Shown here piece after piece: positions 7,580 through 14,978 of a stretch of 38,216 bases of DNA; the first letter of the stretch is position 1, and every line of letters begins with the position of its first letter. The stretch covers positions 1 to 38,216 of the forward strand of contig DHFM01000052.1 of assembly GCA_002400405.1 (NCBI GenBank), given 5' to 3'. Origin of the DNA: Candidatus Moranbacteria bacterium UBA4824. GTDB taxonomy: Bacteria; Patescibacteriota; Minisyncoccia; Moranbacterales; UBA2206. Below the pieces are notes generated by a model, which saw nothing but the letters and a program-made list of their open reading frames with translations, searched no databases and was not told the origin of the DNA. A program made the position numbers and the translations under genes.

Positions 7580-8862
7580 ATGTTTTTTGTTATTGCATCT
7601 CGAAACGCCGTCCCCGCAAATTTTCCCAAGGGGCAAAAAGTCGTGTTGTCGAGCGTCCATAAAATATCTTCGACCGCTGTTTTATCTCGATCGGAAATTT
7701 TTCCATCACGAAATCTTTTTGCGATTTCCCAAAGCCTGAAAGTTCCTTCTCGGCACGGCACGCATTTTCCGCAAGATTCTCGCCGAAAAAAATCTGTCCA
7801 AGAAATTAACAAGTCATGAATGTTGACACTTTTGTCCACCACTAAAATTGAGCCTGAACCCATTTGTACGGACAGGTCGCGACCTGTCCCTACACAAAAT
7901 TCCATTTTTGCTTTTAGCTCTTTTTCTAAGAGGAGTTTTCCACAAGCGCCACCAATTTGCGCAAACCAAAACTCTTTGCCTTTTTTTATCCCGCCAGCAT
8001 ATTGGTCAATTAATTTTCTCACATTAATTCCTGTTGGTGCTTCATATATTCCTGGTTTTGCCACAGCGCCACTCAAAATGAAAAGCTTTGTTCCAGGGGA
8101 ATTTTTTGAACCAATGCGCGCAAATCTTTCTCCACCATTAGAAATTATCCAGGGAATATTAGAAATTGTTTCTGTATTACTCACGGCAGTTGGACAACCA
8201 AAAAGTCCAGCCTCAGTTGGAAATGGCGGACGAATTTTTGGCTCTCCGCGATTACTTTCAATGGAATTTATCAGCGCCGTTTCCTCTCCGCAAATATATG
8301 CGCCAGCACCAGAATATATTTCAATTTCCAGATTATAATTTGAACCAAGGATATTTTCTCCCCAATATTTTTTTTCTTTCGCTTGCGAAATTGCAATTTC
8401 CAAAATTTCTTTTTGTTTTTCATAATTACCATTAATATAAATGTAGGCTTTTTTTGCTTCGATAGAAAGTGCAGAAATTATTATTCCCTCCAAGAGAAGA
8501 TGCGGATTATTATCCACTATCAATCTATCCTTATATGTCCCTGGTTCTGATTCTTCTAAGTTACAGATAAAATATTTTTTACCCTGTGGAGTATCCCGAC
8601 TTGTCGGGATAATTTTGTAATCAAAATTTACTCCACAGGGTGAATTCCTTGCCACCATCTCCAATTTATCCCCAGTTGGAAATCCCGCGCCTCCCCGCCC
8701 GCGAAGTCCAGATTTTTTAATCTCCAAAATAGCCTCCTCCGGATTCATTTTAAAAATAAATTTTTCCAAAGCCATGTATCCGCCAACACAAATATAATCC
8801 TCTATTCTTAGTGGATTAATCTTGCCCCAGTACTTTGTTAACACTTTTAAATTATCAGTCAC
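7567..8862 (-). CDS. NuoF/HydB/HoxF-like NADH-binding FMN and 4Fe-4S flavoprotein subunit
   Basis: 431 aa with a GTG start. Has GLRGRGGAGFPTG, CN.EESEPGTYKDR, GAGAYICGEETAL and ESCGKCVPCREG. Confidence 0.88.
   Translation of the reverse strand: MTDNLKVLTKYWGKINPLRIEDYICVGGYMALEKFIFKMNPEEAILEIKKSGLRGRGGAGFPTGDKLEMVARNSPCGVNFDYKIIPTSRDTPQGKKYFICNLEESEPGTYKDRLIVDNNPHLLLEGIIISALSIEAKKAYIYINGNYEKQKEILEIAISQAKEKKYWGENILGSNYNLEIEIYSGAGAYICGEETALINSIESNRGEPKIRPPFPTEAGLFGCPTAVSNTETISNIPWIISNGGERFARIGSKNSPGTKLFILSGAVAKPGIYEAPTGINVRKLIDQYAGGIKKGKEFWFAQIGGACGKLLLEKELKAKMEFCVGTGRDLSVQMGSGSILVVDKSVNIHDLLISWTDFFRRESCGKCVPCREGTFRLWEIAKRFRDGKISDRDKTAVEDILWTLDNTTFCPLGKFAGTAFRDAITKNILTF
8582..8640. repeat. palindromic element inserted in-frame in the nuoF-like gene
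   Basis: ccctgtggagta (8582-8593) pairs with tactccacaggg (8629-8640), with an inner atcccgac/gtcgggat hairpin. It encodes PCGVNFDYKIIPTSRDTPQG, an extra loop relative to E. coli NuoF between the GxGGAGF and CNADExEPG motifs. Confidence 0.6.
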
Positions 8863-8975
8863 TAATTTTCAATTACCAATTCTCAATTTACATTGAATTT
8901 TCAATTATCAATTTTCATTGGAAATTTAGTCATTGAAAATTGATTGAAAATTAGAAATTGAAAATTAGAAATTTA
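8863..8975. repeat. ATTGAAAA-type long hairpin element, copy C1 (fills the whole intercistronic spacer)
   Basis: aattttcaattaccaattctcaat ... attgaaaattgattgaaaattagaaattgaaaatt. About 90% identical by eye to 10311-10422. Confidence 0.7.
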
Positions 8976-9425
8976 TTAGATATATTCTCCCAATATCCCA
9001 TGCACTGAACTTTTTGTTACTCGCTCGTAAATCTTTCCGTTTACCACCATCACTGGGCCATCAGCACAACGACCAAGACAACTAATTTCTTCCAATTTAA
9101 ATTTCGAACTGGCCGAGCTACCTGCTTTTATTTTTAATAAATTTTCAACCTCAGAAATTATTGAAAAAGAATTATTCACGGTGCAGTTAGCTGAATTACA
9201 GATTTGAATTAGAATCTCCGGCTGTTTTTCAGTTTTAATTTCATCATAAAAACTAGTGGTTTCAAAAATCTTGCTTTCTGAAACATCAAAATATTCGGCT
9301 ATTATTTTAGCCTCTTTTTCGCCCACAAAACCAAAAATGGCGTTAGTTTTTTTTAACGCCGGTAAAATATTCTCGCTCTTAGGCTCGAACTCCAAGATTA
9401 TACTTTGTATTGTTTTTTGTTTCAT
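8976..9425 (-). CDS. NuoE/HydC/HoxE-like thioredoxin-like 2Fe-2S ferredoxin subunit
   Basis: 149 aa. Has ICNSANC (C-x4-C) and CLGRCADGPVMVVNG (C-x3-C). Confidence 0.8.
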   Translation of the reverse strand: MKQKTIQSIILEFEPKSENILPALKKTNAIFGFVGEKEAKIIAEYFDVSESKIFETTSFYDEIKTEKQPEILIQICNSANCTVNNSFSIISEVENLLKIKAGSSASSKFKLEEISCLGRCADGPVMVVNGKIYERVTKSSVHGILGEYI

Positions 9426-9453
9426 GTTTCATGTTTCATGTTTCATGCTTTAT
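9419..9453. repeat. tandem heptamer repeat (GTTTCAT x4 plus degenerate copies; ATGAAAC on the coding strand)
   Basis: Four perfect GTTTCAT units span 9419-9446, followed by gctttat. This makes up the whole fba-to-nuoE-like spacer and includes the nuoE-like start codon. Confidence 0.8.
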
Positions 9454-10310
9454 GCTTTCCCCTCACTTCCAAAATATTTTATTTTTTGCTTAACTATTTC
9501 CTTGGCGGATTCCCTAGCTGCTTCCAGAATCTTTCTGACATCAAAATTAGTGCTTCCTCCTTTTAGGGAATTAATCAGACTACTAACAAACGCCACTCGA
9601 ATAGCAGTATCAACATTAAAACAAGATATGCCGTTTTTAATAGCTTCAACAACTTTCCCATTTTCCCAATCTGACGCGCCATGAAGAATGAGTGGGATAT
9701 TGCAAAGCTCATTTATTTTTTTCAATCTTTCAAAATCCGGTTCCGACCTTTCTTTGAGAAAGCCATGTGAATTGCCAATCGCTACTGCTAATGCATCCAC
9801 TCCAGTCTTTTCAATAAATTCAGCCGCTTTTTGCGGATCAGTCATAAAATCATCCCAATTAATTTCTCCGCCTTCTGTTTCACCAATATAGAGAACACTG
9901 CCCAATTCTCCTTGCACATCCACTCCTTTTTCATGACAATATTCCACTACTTTCTTAGTATTTCTTATATTATCTTCAAATTTTGCTCTTGATCCATCAT
10001 ACATCACCGAACCAAAACCAATTTCCGCACAACGCTGAGTAGCTTCAAAGCTCTTGCCATGATCTAAATGAATGCCCACGGGAATTTCCGGGGCATAAAA
10101 CTCCACATCATTTTTCACAATATTAAAAATCATTCGACCTCCGGCATATTCCATCGTCCTCTCTGTAATTTGGATAATCACTGGTGAACGCATTTCCTTG
10201 GCGGCATCCACAATTGCCCGCGTAGTTTCCAAATTAACTGTGTTAAATGCTCCAACCGCATATCCCCCTTCCCTAGCTTTAGTTAGAATTTCTTTAACGC
10301 TTACTATCAT
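9450..10310 (-). CDS. fba: class II fructose-bisphosphate aldolase
   Basis: Has YAVGAFN, HLDHG and a GNSHG-type motif. The ATG at 10310 (MIVSVKEIL) is preferred over the TTG at 10322, which lies inside repeat C2. Confidence 0.9.
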   Translation of the reverse strand: MIVSVKEILTKAREGGYAVGAFNTVNLETTRAIVDAAKEMRSPVIIQITERTMEYAGGRMIFNIVKNDVEFYAPEIPVGIHLDHGKSFEATQRCAEIGFGSVMYDGSRAKFEDNIRNTKKVVEYCHEKGVDVQGELGSVLYIGETEGGEINWDDFMTDPQKAAEFIEKTGVDALAVAIGNSHGFLKERSEPDFERLKKINELCNIPLILHGASDWENGKVVEAIKNGISCFNVDTAIRVAFVSSLINSLKGGSTNFDVRKILEAARESAKEIVKQKIKYFGSEGKA

Positions 10311-10422
10311 AATAATTTTCAATAACCAATTCTCAATTTACATTGAATTTTCATTTGTCAATTTTCATTGTAAATTTAGTCATTGAAAATTGATTGAAAA
10401 TTGTAAATTGAAAATTGAAAAT
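10311..10422. repeat. ATTGAAAA-type long hairpin element, copy C2 (fills the whole intercistronic spacer)
   Basis: Near-identical to C1. Bounded by the fba start and the tpiA stop. Confidence 0.7.
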
Positions 10423-11187
10423 TTATTTATCGTTTATTATTCCTGATATCTTTATGAATTCATACGGCACCAAACTTTCTCTACCAATCAACACACCATC
10501 CATTCCCGGATCCAAACAAGTTTGTTTAGCTGTCGAAGCTGAAACTGATCCACCATAAATTATTTTTACTTTTTCAGCATATTTAGTACCAAAAAGCCCA
10601 GTTAGAATTTTAAAAATCAAAACCCTAGCCTCCATCACTTCATTTGATTTAGGAATTTCATCCGTCCCCACTGACCAAATCGGCTCATAAGCAACAACTA
10701 AATTTTCTGCTTTTGCTCGACTGACTTTTTCCAAAGCTGATTTTACTTGCCGTGTAATAACGCTTAGTGTTTGATTATTTTCTTTTTCTGACTTAGACTC
10801 CCCCACGCAAAGGATTGGTTTCAAACCATTCTTGAGCGCTGAAATAACTTTCAAATTCACTTCTTCATCTCGCTCACAAAAATATCGCCTTCTTTCACTG
10901 TGTCCCAAAATCGCATAAGCACAGCCAAAATTCTTGAGCATTGATGGAGAAATTTCTCCGGTATAAGAACCTTTTTCTTCCCAAAACATATTTTGCGCCC
11001 CAAGAATTATTTTTTTTATCTTAGCTTTTTGGAATCCCGGTAAATGAATAGCTGGCGGACAAAGAATGAGCTCACAATTATTTATCTTTTTGCCAGTCAA
11101 TTCTTTTTTGAATAAATTCAAATATTGTTCTTGCTGGGCAGGAGACAAAATATTCATCTTTAAATTTCCTATAATTAGCTTGCTCAT
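10423..11187 (-). CDS. tpiA: triosephosphate isomerase
   Basis: 254 aa. Has GNLKMN, ILGHSERR, AYEPIWSVGT and YGGSV. Confidence 0.92.
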   Translation of the reverse strand: MSKLIIGNLKMNILSPAQQEQYLNLFKKELTGKKINNCELILCPPAIHLPGFQKAKIKKIILGAQNMFWEEKGSYTGEISPSMLKNFGCAYAILGHSERRRYFCERDEEVNLKVISALKNGLKPILCVGESKSEKENNQTLSVITRQVKSALEKVSRAKAENLVVAYEPIWSVGTDEIPKSNEVMEARVLIFKILTGLFGTKYAEKVKIIYGGSVSASTAKQTCLDPGMDGVLIGRESLVPYEFIKISGIINDK

Positions 11188-11190
11188 ATT

Positions 11191-11823
11191 TTATAATTGT
11201 TTCTTTTTTAGTTTACTTTTGATTAGTTTGAATATTCCTGGAAAAACTGATATCGCGATTATTCCCATAATGACTATGGAAAAATTATCTCTTATTATTG
11301 GAATATTCCCGAAAAAATATCCTGCAAAAACAAAAAGTCCCACCCAAGTAAAACCACCAAGAATGCTATAGGAAATAAATTTGCGATAATGCATTTTTCC
11401 AATTCCAGCTACAAATGGTGCAAAAGTTCTTATAATTGGCATAAAACGAGCTAGAAAAATAGTTTTTCCGCCATGCTTATGATAAAATTCTTGAGTACTA
11501 TCTATGTGCTTTTGATTGACTGGTACATATTTATTATTCACTATTTTTTGTCCAAAATAGTAACCCACCCAATAATTTATATTATCTCCCAAAAAAGCAG
11601 CTGTCCAAAGAAGGAGAGCCAAAAAAATCACATTAAACGAACCGGTCGCAGAAAACATTCCAGCGGCAAAAAGCAATGAATCTCCGGGAAGAAACGGCGT
11701 AAAAACAAATCCGGTCTCTGCAAAAATGATTAGAAATAAAATGGCATAAGTCATTCTGCCATAATTGGCAATAATTTCCCCTAAATGAACATCGATATTG
11801 AGTATGAAATCTATAATTAGCAT
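11191..11823 (-). CDS. DedA family membrane protein
   Basis: 210 aa, multi-TM. Has E.G....PFLPGDSLLF and FLARF.P..RTF.P..AG. Confidence 0.85.
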   Translation of the reverse strand: MLIIDFILNIDVHLGEIIANYGRMTYAILFLIIFAETGFVFTPFLPGDSLLFAAGMFSATGSFNVIFLALLLWTAAFLGDNINYWVGYYFGQKIVNNKYVPVNQKHIDSTQEFYHKHGGKTIFLARFMPIIRTFAPFVAGIGKMHYRKFISYSILGGFTWVGLFVFAGYFFGNIPIIRDNFSIVIMGIIAISVFPGIFKLIKSKLKKKQL

Positions 11824-11841
11824 AAAAGTAATTCTGATTTA

Positions 11842-12852
11842 TTAGTTTTTTAAATACTGCGCTGCGTCTTCCGGACTGATTGTGATTATTTCTACTCCCG
11901 TTGAAATTTCAAATCCCGCCCAAATATTTGTTTTTGGCAAAATCTCGATGTGCCAGTGAAAATGAGGATAATCCTTTCCGTCACAAGGAGAGGTGTGGAT
12001 ATAGAAATTGAAATCAGGGTTGTTGAGTTTTTCACTCAGTCTCTTGATTGCCTCATGAAGGGCAACTCCGGCTGAAATTTTTTCATCTTGGGTTATTCTT
12101 TCAAAATATGGTTTATGTTTTTTGGGGATGAGCCACATTTCAAAATTAGCTCGCGAAGCAAACGGACAAAACAGCAAAAAATTATCATCTTCGAAAACTA
12201 TTCTTTTTTTCTGTTCCATTTCCCATTCGACCATTGCGCAATAGACACAATGCTTGTTTTGTTTATGGTATTCTTCCGCACCATCCAATTCACTTTTTAC
12301 ATACGGTGAGATCACAGGGATAGCCATGAGTTGTGAATGCGGATGAGGAATTGATGCGCCGGCCGAGGCGCCGTGATTATGAAAAATGTCGATGTAACTC
12401 ACAGACTTTTTGTTCATCAAATCAATATATCTCGATTGATAGGCATCCAGAATTTCAGCGACTTGAAGCGGTTCCATTTTGCCAATATGATTCCAGTGAT
12501 CTTTGGTCACAATCACTTCATGATATCCGACGCTATCCATCCAAAAATACGGCCCGTCTTCTTTATGTTTGATTTGTCCGCCAGAAGGCCGAGAAAAAGC
12601 TGGGAATTTATTGGGAAAAACTCGCAGACTCCAATCGCCATCCGATGTGTTATAAATCAAAACATCTTTTTCTTGCTCAGATTTTTCCGGATCGCAAAAC
12701 AAACATTCGCTTGGATTATCCTGCGTCGCATCTTGTTCTTTTTTAGCAAACTCATCTGGCCGACGGGCGCGAATCTTGGAAACTACCACCCAATCCCCCG
12801 TCACCAAATCCTGCCTAAGTTCACTGGTTTTGTTTTTGTCCTCCTTGTTCAC
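11842..12852 (-). CDS. galT: galactose-1-phosphate uridylyltransferase family (HIT superfamily) nucleotidyltransferase
   Basis: 336 aa. Has a CLFC zinc motif and the active-site HPHSQ (His-x-His-x-Gln). Confidence 0.8.
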   Translation of the reverse strand: MNKEDKNKTSELRQDLVTGDWVVVSKIRARRPDEFAKKEQDATQDNPSECLFCDPEKSEQEKDVLIYNTSDGDWSLRVFPNKFPAFSRPSGGQIKHKEDGPYFWMDSVGYHEVIVTKDHWNHIGKMEPLQVAEILDAYQSRYIDLMNKKSVSYIDIFHNHGASAGASIPHPHSQLMAIPVISPYVKSELDGAEEYHKQNKHCVYCAMVEWEMEQKKRIVFEDDNFLLFCPFASRANFEMWLIPKKHKPYFERITQDEKISAGVALHEAIKRLSEKLNNPDFNFYIHTSPCDGKDYPHFHWHIEILPKTNIWAGFEISTGVEIITISPEDAAQYLKN

Positions 12853-12892
12853 TTTATTTATTTTTTTATTTTAAATCTATTTTTTATTTTTT

Positions 12893-13035
12893 ACCCTGTT
12901 AAATAAGATTTGATTCTCTTTTTGAAAAATAGCTTCTTTAAAAATAAAATGTCTATATTAAAATAATTTCCATCCAAGTCAATTCAAATCTTAATTTTAA
13001 ATTTTTATAAAAATTTAAAATTTATTTAACAGGGT
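12893..13035. mobile_element. degraded, ORF-less derivative of the GIY-YIG mini-cassette (MITE-like)
   Basis: accctgttaaataa (12893-12906) and ttatttaacagggt (13022-13035) form a perfect 14-bp TIR. Both ends extend the homology to 6175-6466 (gatttga... on the left, aaaaatttaaaattta... on the right). An internal caaatcttaattttaaattttta block matches the GIY-YIG coding region. The right TIR supplies HPVK* to the GT2 gene. Confidence 0.7.
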
Positions 13036-13795
13036 GAATTTCACTCATTTTCTTTTTGAGTTGATATACCCCTCGCATATTATTCCACCAAACTTTGAAC
13101 AATTCACGAAGCGTGATGAAATATCCTTTCATTCCAACTAAGCTGTATCCCATATCCAACCAAACTACTGGCACTTCAGAAATCCGATAACCCAGCTTTT
13201 TCGCTATCATCAAAATTTCAAAATCGATTCCCCAGCGATCCACTTTCGTGCGAGGAAAAACTTCTTTCACCACCTCTTCACTAAAAGCCTTGAACCCACA
13301 TTGCGTATCATAAATTCCCCGAAGACCCAGCATAACTTGAATCAAAATATTCCCCGCATTTCCCAGCCACTCTTTCCATTTCGGCTGATGCTTTTCAATG
13401 TTAGAAGTTTTGAGATCGCGAGATCCAATCACTACATCGGCTTTTTTGAATTCTGGAATAAACTTGTCTAAATTATCAATCGGTGTGGCACCATCCATAT
13501 CAGTCCAAAGTCGCCACTCACCATGCGCCGCAGCAAATCCTTCGCGAATGCTATATCCCTTACCTTTGTTTTCTTTTCGATCTATTACCCAAAAAGTCGG
13601 TTTGTCTTTTATTTTTTCTTTGACAATTTCCGGAGTGTTATCCGTTGGACCATCAAGCACAATCACCACTTCATAAGTTTCGTCTATTCTTTCAAAATAG
13701 TCCCTGATGGATTTCAAATGCACTCCCATTTCTTTTTCTTTTGGCGCTTCGTTATAAGTTGGGATGATCACTGATATGAAAGGTTTTTGTTCCAT
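13022..13795 (-). CDS. family 2 glycosyltransferase (polyprenyl-phosphate sugar transferase-like)
   Basis: 257 aa. Has ISVIIPTYNE, VLDG.TD, DMDG and QCGFKAF. Confidence 0.85.
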   Translation of the reverse strand: MEQKPFISVIIPTYNEAPKEKEMGVHLKSIRDYFERIDETYEVVIVLDGPTDNTPEIVKEKIKDKPTFWVIDRKENKGKGYSIREGFAAAHGEWRLWTDMDGATPIDNLDKFIPEFKKADVVIGSRDLKTSNIEKHQPKWKEWLGNAGNILIQVMLGLRGIYDTQCGFKAFSEEVVKEVFPRTKVDRWGIDFEILMIAKKLGYRISEVPVVWLDMGYSLVGMKGYFITLRELFKVWWNNMRGVYQLKKKMSEIHPVK

Positions 13796-13829
13796 TGCTC
13801 TTATAGTTTAATAATTATTTTACACTCAA

Positions 13830-13838
13830 ATTATATCA
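13830..13838 (-). promoter_or_regulatory. possible extended -10 (TGaTATAAT) upstream of the GT2 gene
   Basis: Minus-strand tgatataat lies about 35 nt upstream of the ATG at 13795. The -35 is weak. Confidence 0.3.
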
Positions 13839-13844
13839 TAAATT

Positions 13845-13906
13845 CATGAAACATGAAACATGTAGCATAAAACACAAAAAAAACACTCCTTGTTTCATGC
13901 TACATC
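13845..13906. repeat. CATGAAAC-family hairpin (copy F2)
   Basis: catgaaacatgaaacatgtagcataaaaca ... tgtttcatgctacat forms a 15-bp stem with 1 mismatch. The right arm abuts or overlaps the ruvX stop. Confidence 0.6.
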
Positions 13907-14327
13907 ACTTGTCCAACCAGCTTTGCAAAATTATCTTGGCCGATTCGCCGTCATCAAATTTGCCCACATTTTTCATTCCCTTTTCCACCAAATTCGCCTG
14001 CGCCATTTTGGTAGAAAACATTTCGCTTTGGAATTCAATTGAAATCTCCGGCAAAACTCTCAAAATATCTGTCTTTAGTTTTTCTATCTCGCTATTTTCT
14101 GAATTGACATAAGTGGGAATTCCCATTATAATTTTTCCGACGCTTTCTTTTTTGACAATTTTGACTAGATTATCCAGAAAATTTTTGTCATTAGAGAGTG
14201 TAGTATAAACAAAAGCAATTTTAGTCTCTTCGTCTGCCAACGCCAATCCGACCTTGGCTTTACCATAGTCGATGCCCAAAATATGGCTTGTTTGAGGGAT
14301 ATTCGGTTTTTGCGCTTGACAATTCAT
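13905..14327 (-). CDS. ruvX: Holliday junction resolvase-like protein RuvX/YqgF
   Basis: 140 aa. Has ILGIDYGKAKVGLALAD and a C-terminal DE..SA..ILQ motif. Confidence 0.8.
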   Translation of the reverse strand: MNCQAQKPNIPQTSHILGIDYGKAKVGLALADEETKIAFVYTTLSNDKNFLDNLVKIVKKESVGKIIMGIPTYVNSENSEIEKLKTDILRVLPEISIEFQSEMFSTKMAQANLVEKGMKNVGKFDDGESAKIILQSWLDK

Positions 14328-14344
14328 TGTTTTAGTAGTATAAT
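14316..14344 (+). promoter_or_regulatory. consensus sigma70-type promoter (TTGACA-17-TATAAT)
   Basis: ttgaca at 14316-14321, a 17-nt spacer, and tataat at 14339-14344. It overlaps the ruvX start codon on the opposite strand. Confidence 0.7.
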
Positions 14345-14437
14345 TAAAAGTTAGTGAAAAGTTAGTTCTTAATAGCGGTCGCTGATTCTAACGACCATCA
14401 ATATAAATTCATTTAAACCCTAAATTAGGAGAAAAAA

Positions 14438-14728
14438 ATGAAAGCAATATTTTTTTGGAAATTAGTAAATTGGATGAGTAAGTTTGTTATTGTTATCTTC
14501 GCAGGGCTCGTTTTGTCCCTGCAGGATTTCAATAACTTCCAAATGTTGTTTGTTTTTTTGTTGGTGGCGAGCATTACTATTGCCACCAGTTTGAAATTAA
14601 CTTCAGTTTCCTGCCGAAAGATAAAGGAGCATCTTTTGGCCGGGAATTATAACCGGCTTTTCCCTCGCAATGATGAGGGGAAGCCAATCGTTATGGCTCG
14701 GGTAGTATACCCATACAACCCAACCTAA
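14438..14728 (+). CDS. small hypothetical membrane protein (96 aa, about 2 TM segments)
   Basis: AGGAG Shine-Dalgarno 7 nt upstream, a consensus promoter upstream and a strong terminator directly downstream. No family recognised. Confidence 0.6.
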   Translation: MKAIFFWKLVNWMSKFVIVIFAGLVLSLQDFNNFQMLFVFLLVASITIATSLKLTSVSCRKIKEHLLAGNYNRLFPRNDEGKPIVMARVVYPYNPT

Positions 14729-14736
14729 ACGGAAAC

Positions 14737-14778
14737 CCGGAGTGCGTCTAGCATCTTAGACGCCCTCCGGTTTTTTTT
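14737..14778 (+). terminator. strong intrinsic terminator
   Basis: ccggag-t-gcgtcta / loop gcatct / tagacgc-c-ctccgg gives 13 bp with 1 mismatch, followed by T8. Confidence 0.85.
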
Positions 14779-14799
14779 ATTTCAAAAAACTTCTTTTTC

Positions 14800-14907
14800 T
14801 GTCATCCTCGCGAATGCGGGGATCTAGTCTCTTAACTTATTTGCTTCTAATGATTAACCCATTTCACAAAACTTCTTCACTAGATTCCCGCGTTCGCGGG
14901 AATGACA
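14800..14907. repeat. TGTCAT-ended inverted-repeat element (family E, intergenic copy)
   Basis: tgtcatcctcgcgaatgcggggatctagt (14800-14828) versus actagattcccgcgttcgcgggaatgaca (14879-14907). These are roughly 29-bp imperfect TIRs. Confidence 0.7.
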
Positions 14908-14943
14908 AGCTTTTTTGTATATTCGTACATTCGTACCAATTCG

Positions 14944-14963
14944 CCTGCCTGCCGGCAGGCAGG
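14944..14963. repeat. perfect 20-bp GC-rich palindrome just downstream of map (possible operon-end hairpin)
   Basis: cctgcctgccggcaggcagg is its own reverse complement. A related gcctgcctgccggcgaggcagg occurs inside element 2952-3108. No U-tract follows on the minus strand. Confidence 0.6.
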
Positions 14964-14978
14964 TAATTCGTAAAACAA

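Noticed and set aside
7820-8338. Long plus-strand ORFs antisense to minus-strand genes (for example 7820-8338, 12373-12906, 25864-26430, 28245-28784, 19627-20097, 34995-35393)
   Set aside because: Each lies entirely opposite a confidently identified conserved gene. They have low-complexity Ser/Phe/Leu-rich translations typical of antisense frames in AT-rich DNA, and they lack start-site signals.
14438-14728. Small membrane protein as the toxin of a type I or type II toxin-antitoxin pair
   Set aside because: No adjacent antitoxin ORF or obvious antisense RNA promoter is visible. The idea is unsupported beyond the protein's size and hydrophobicity.
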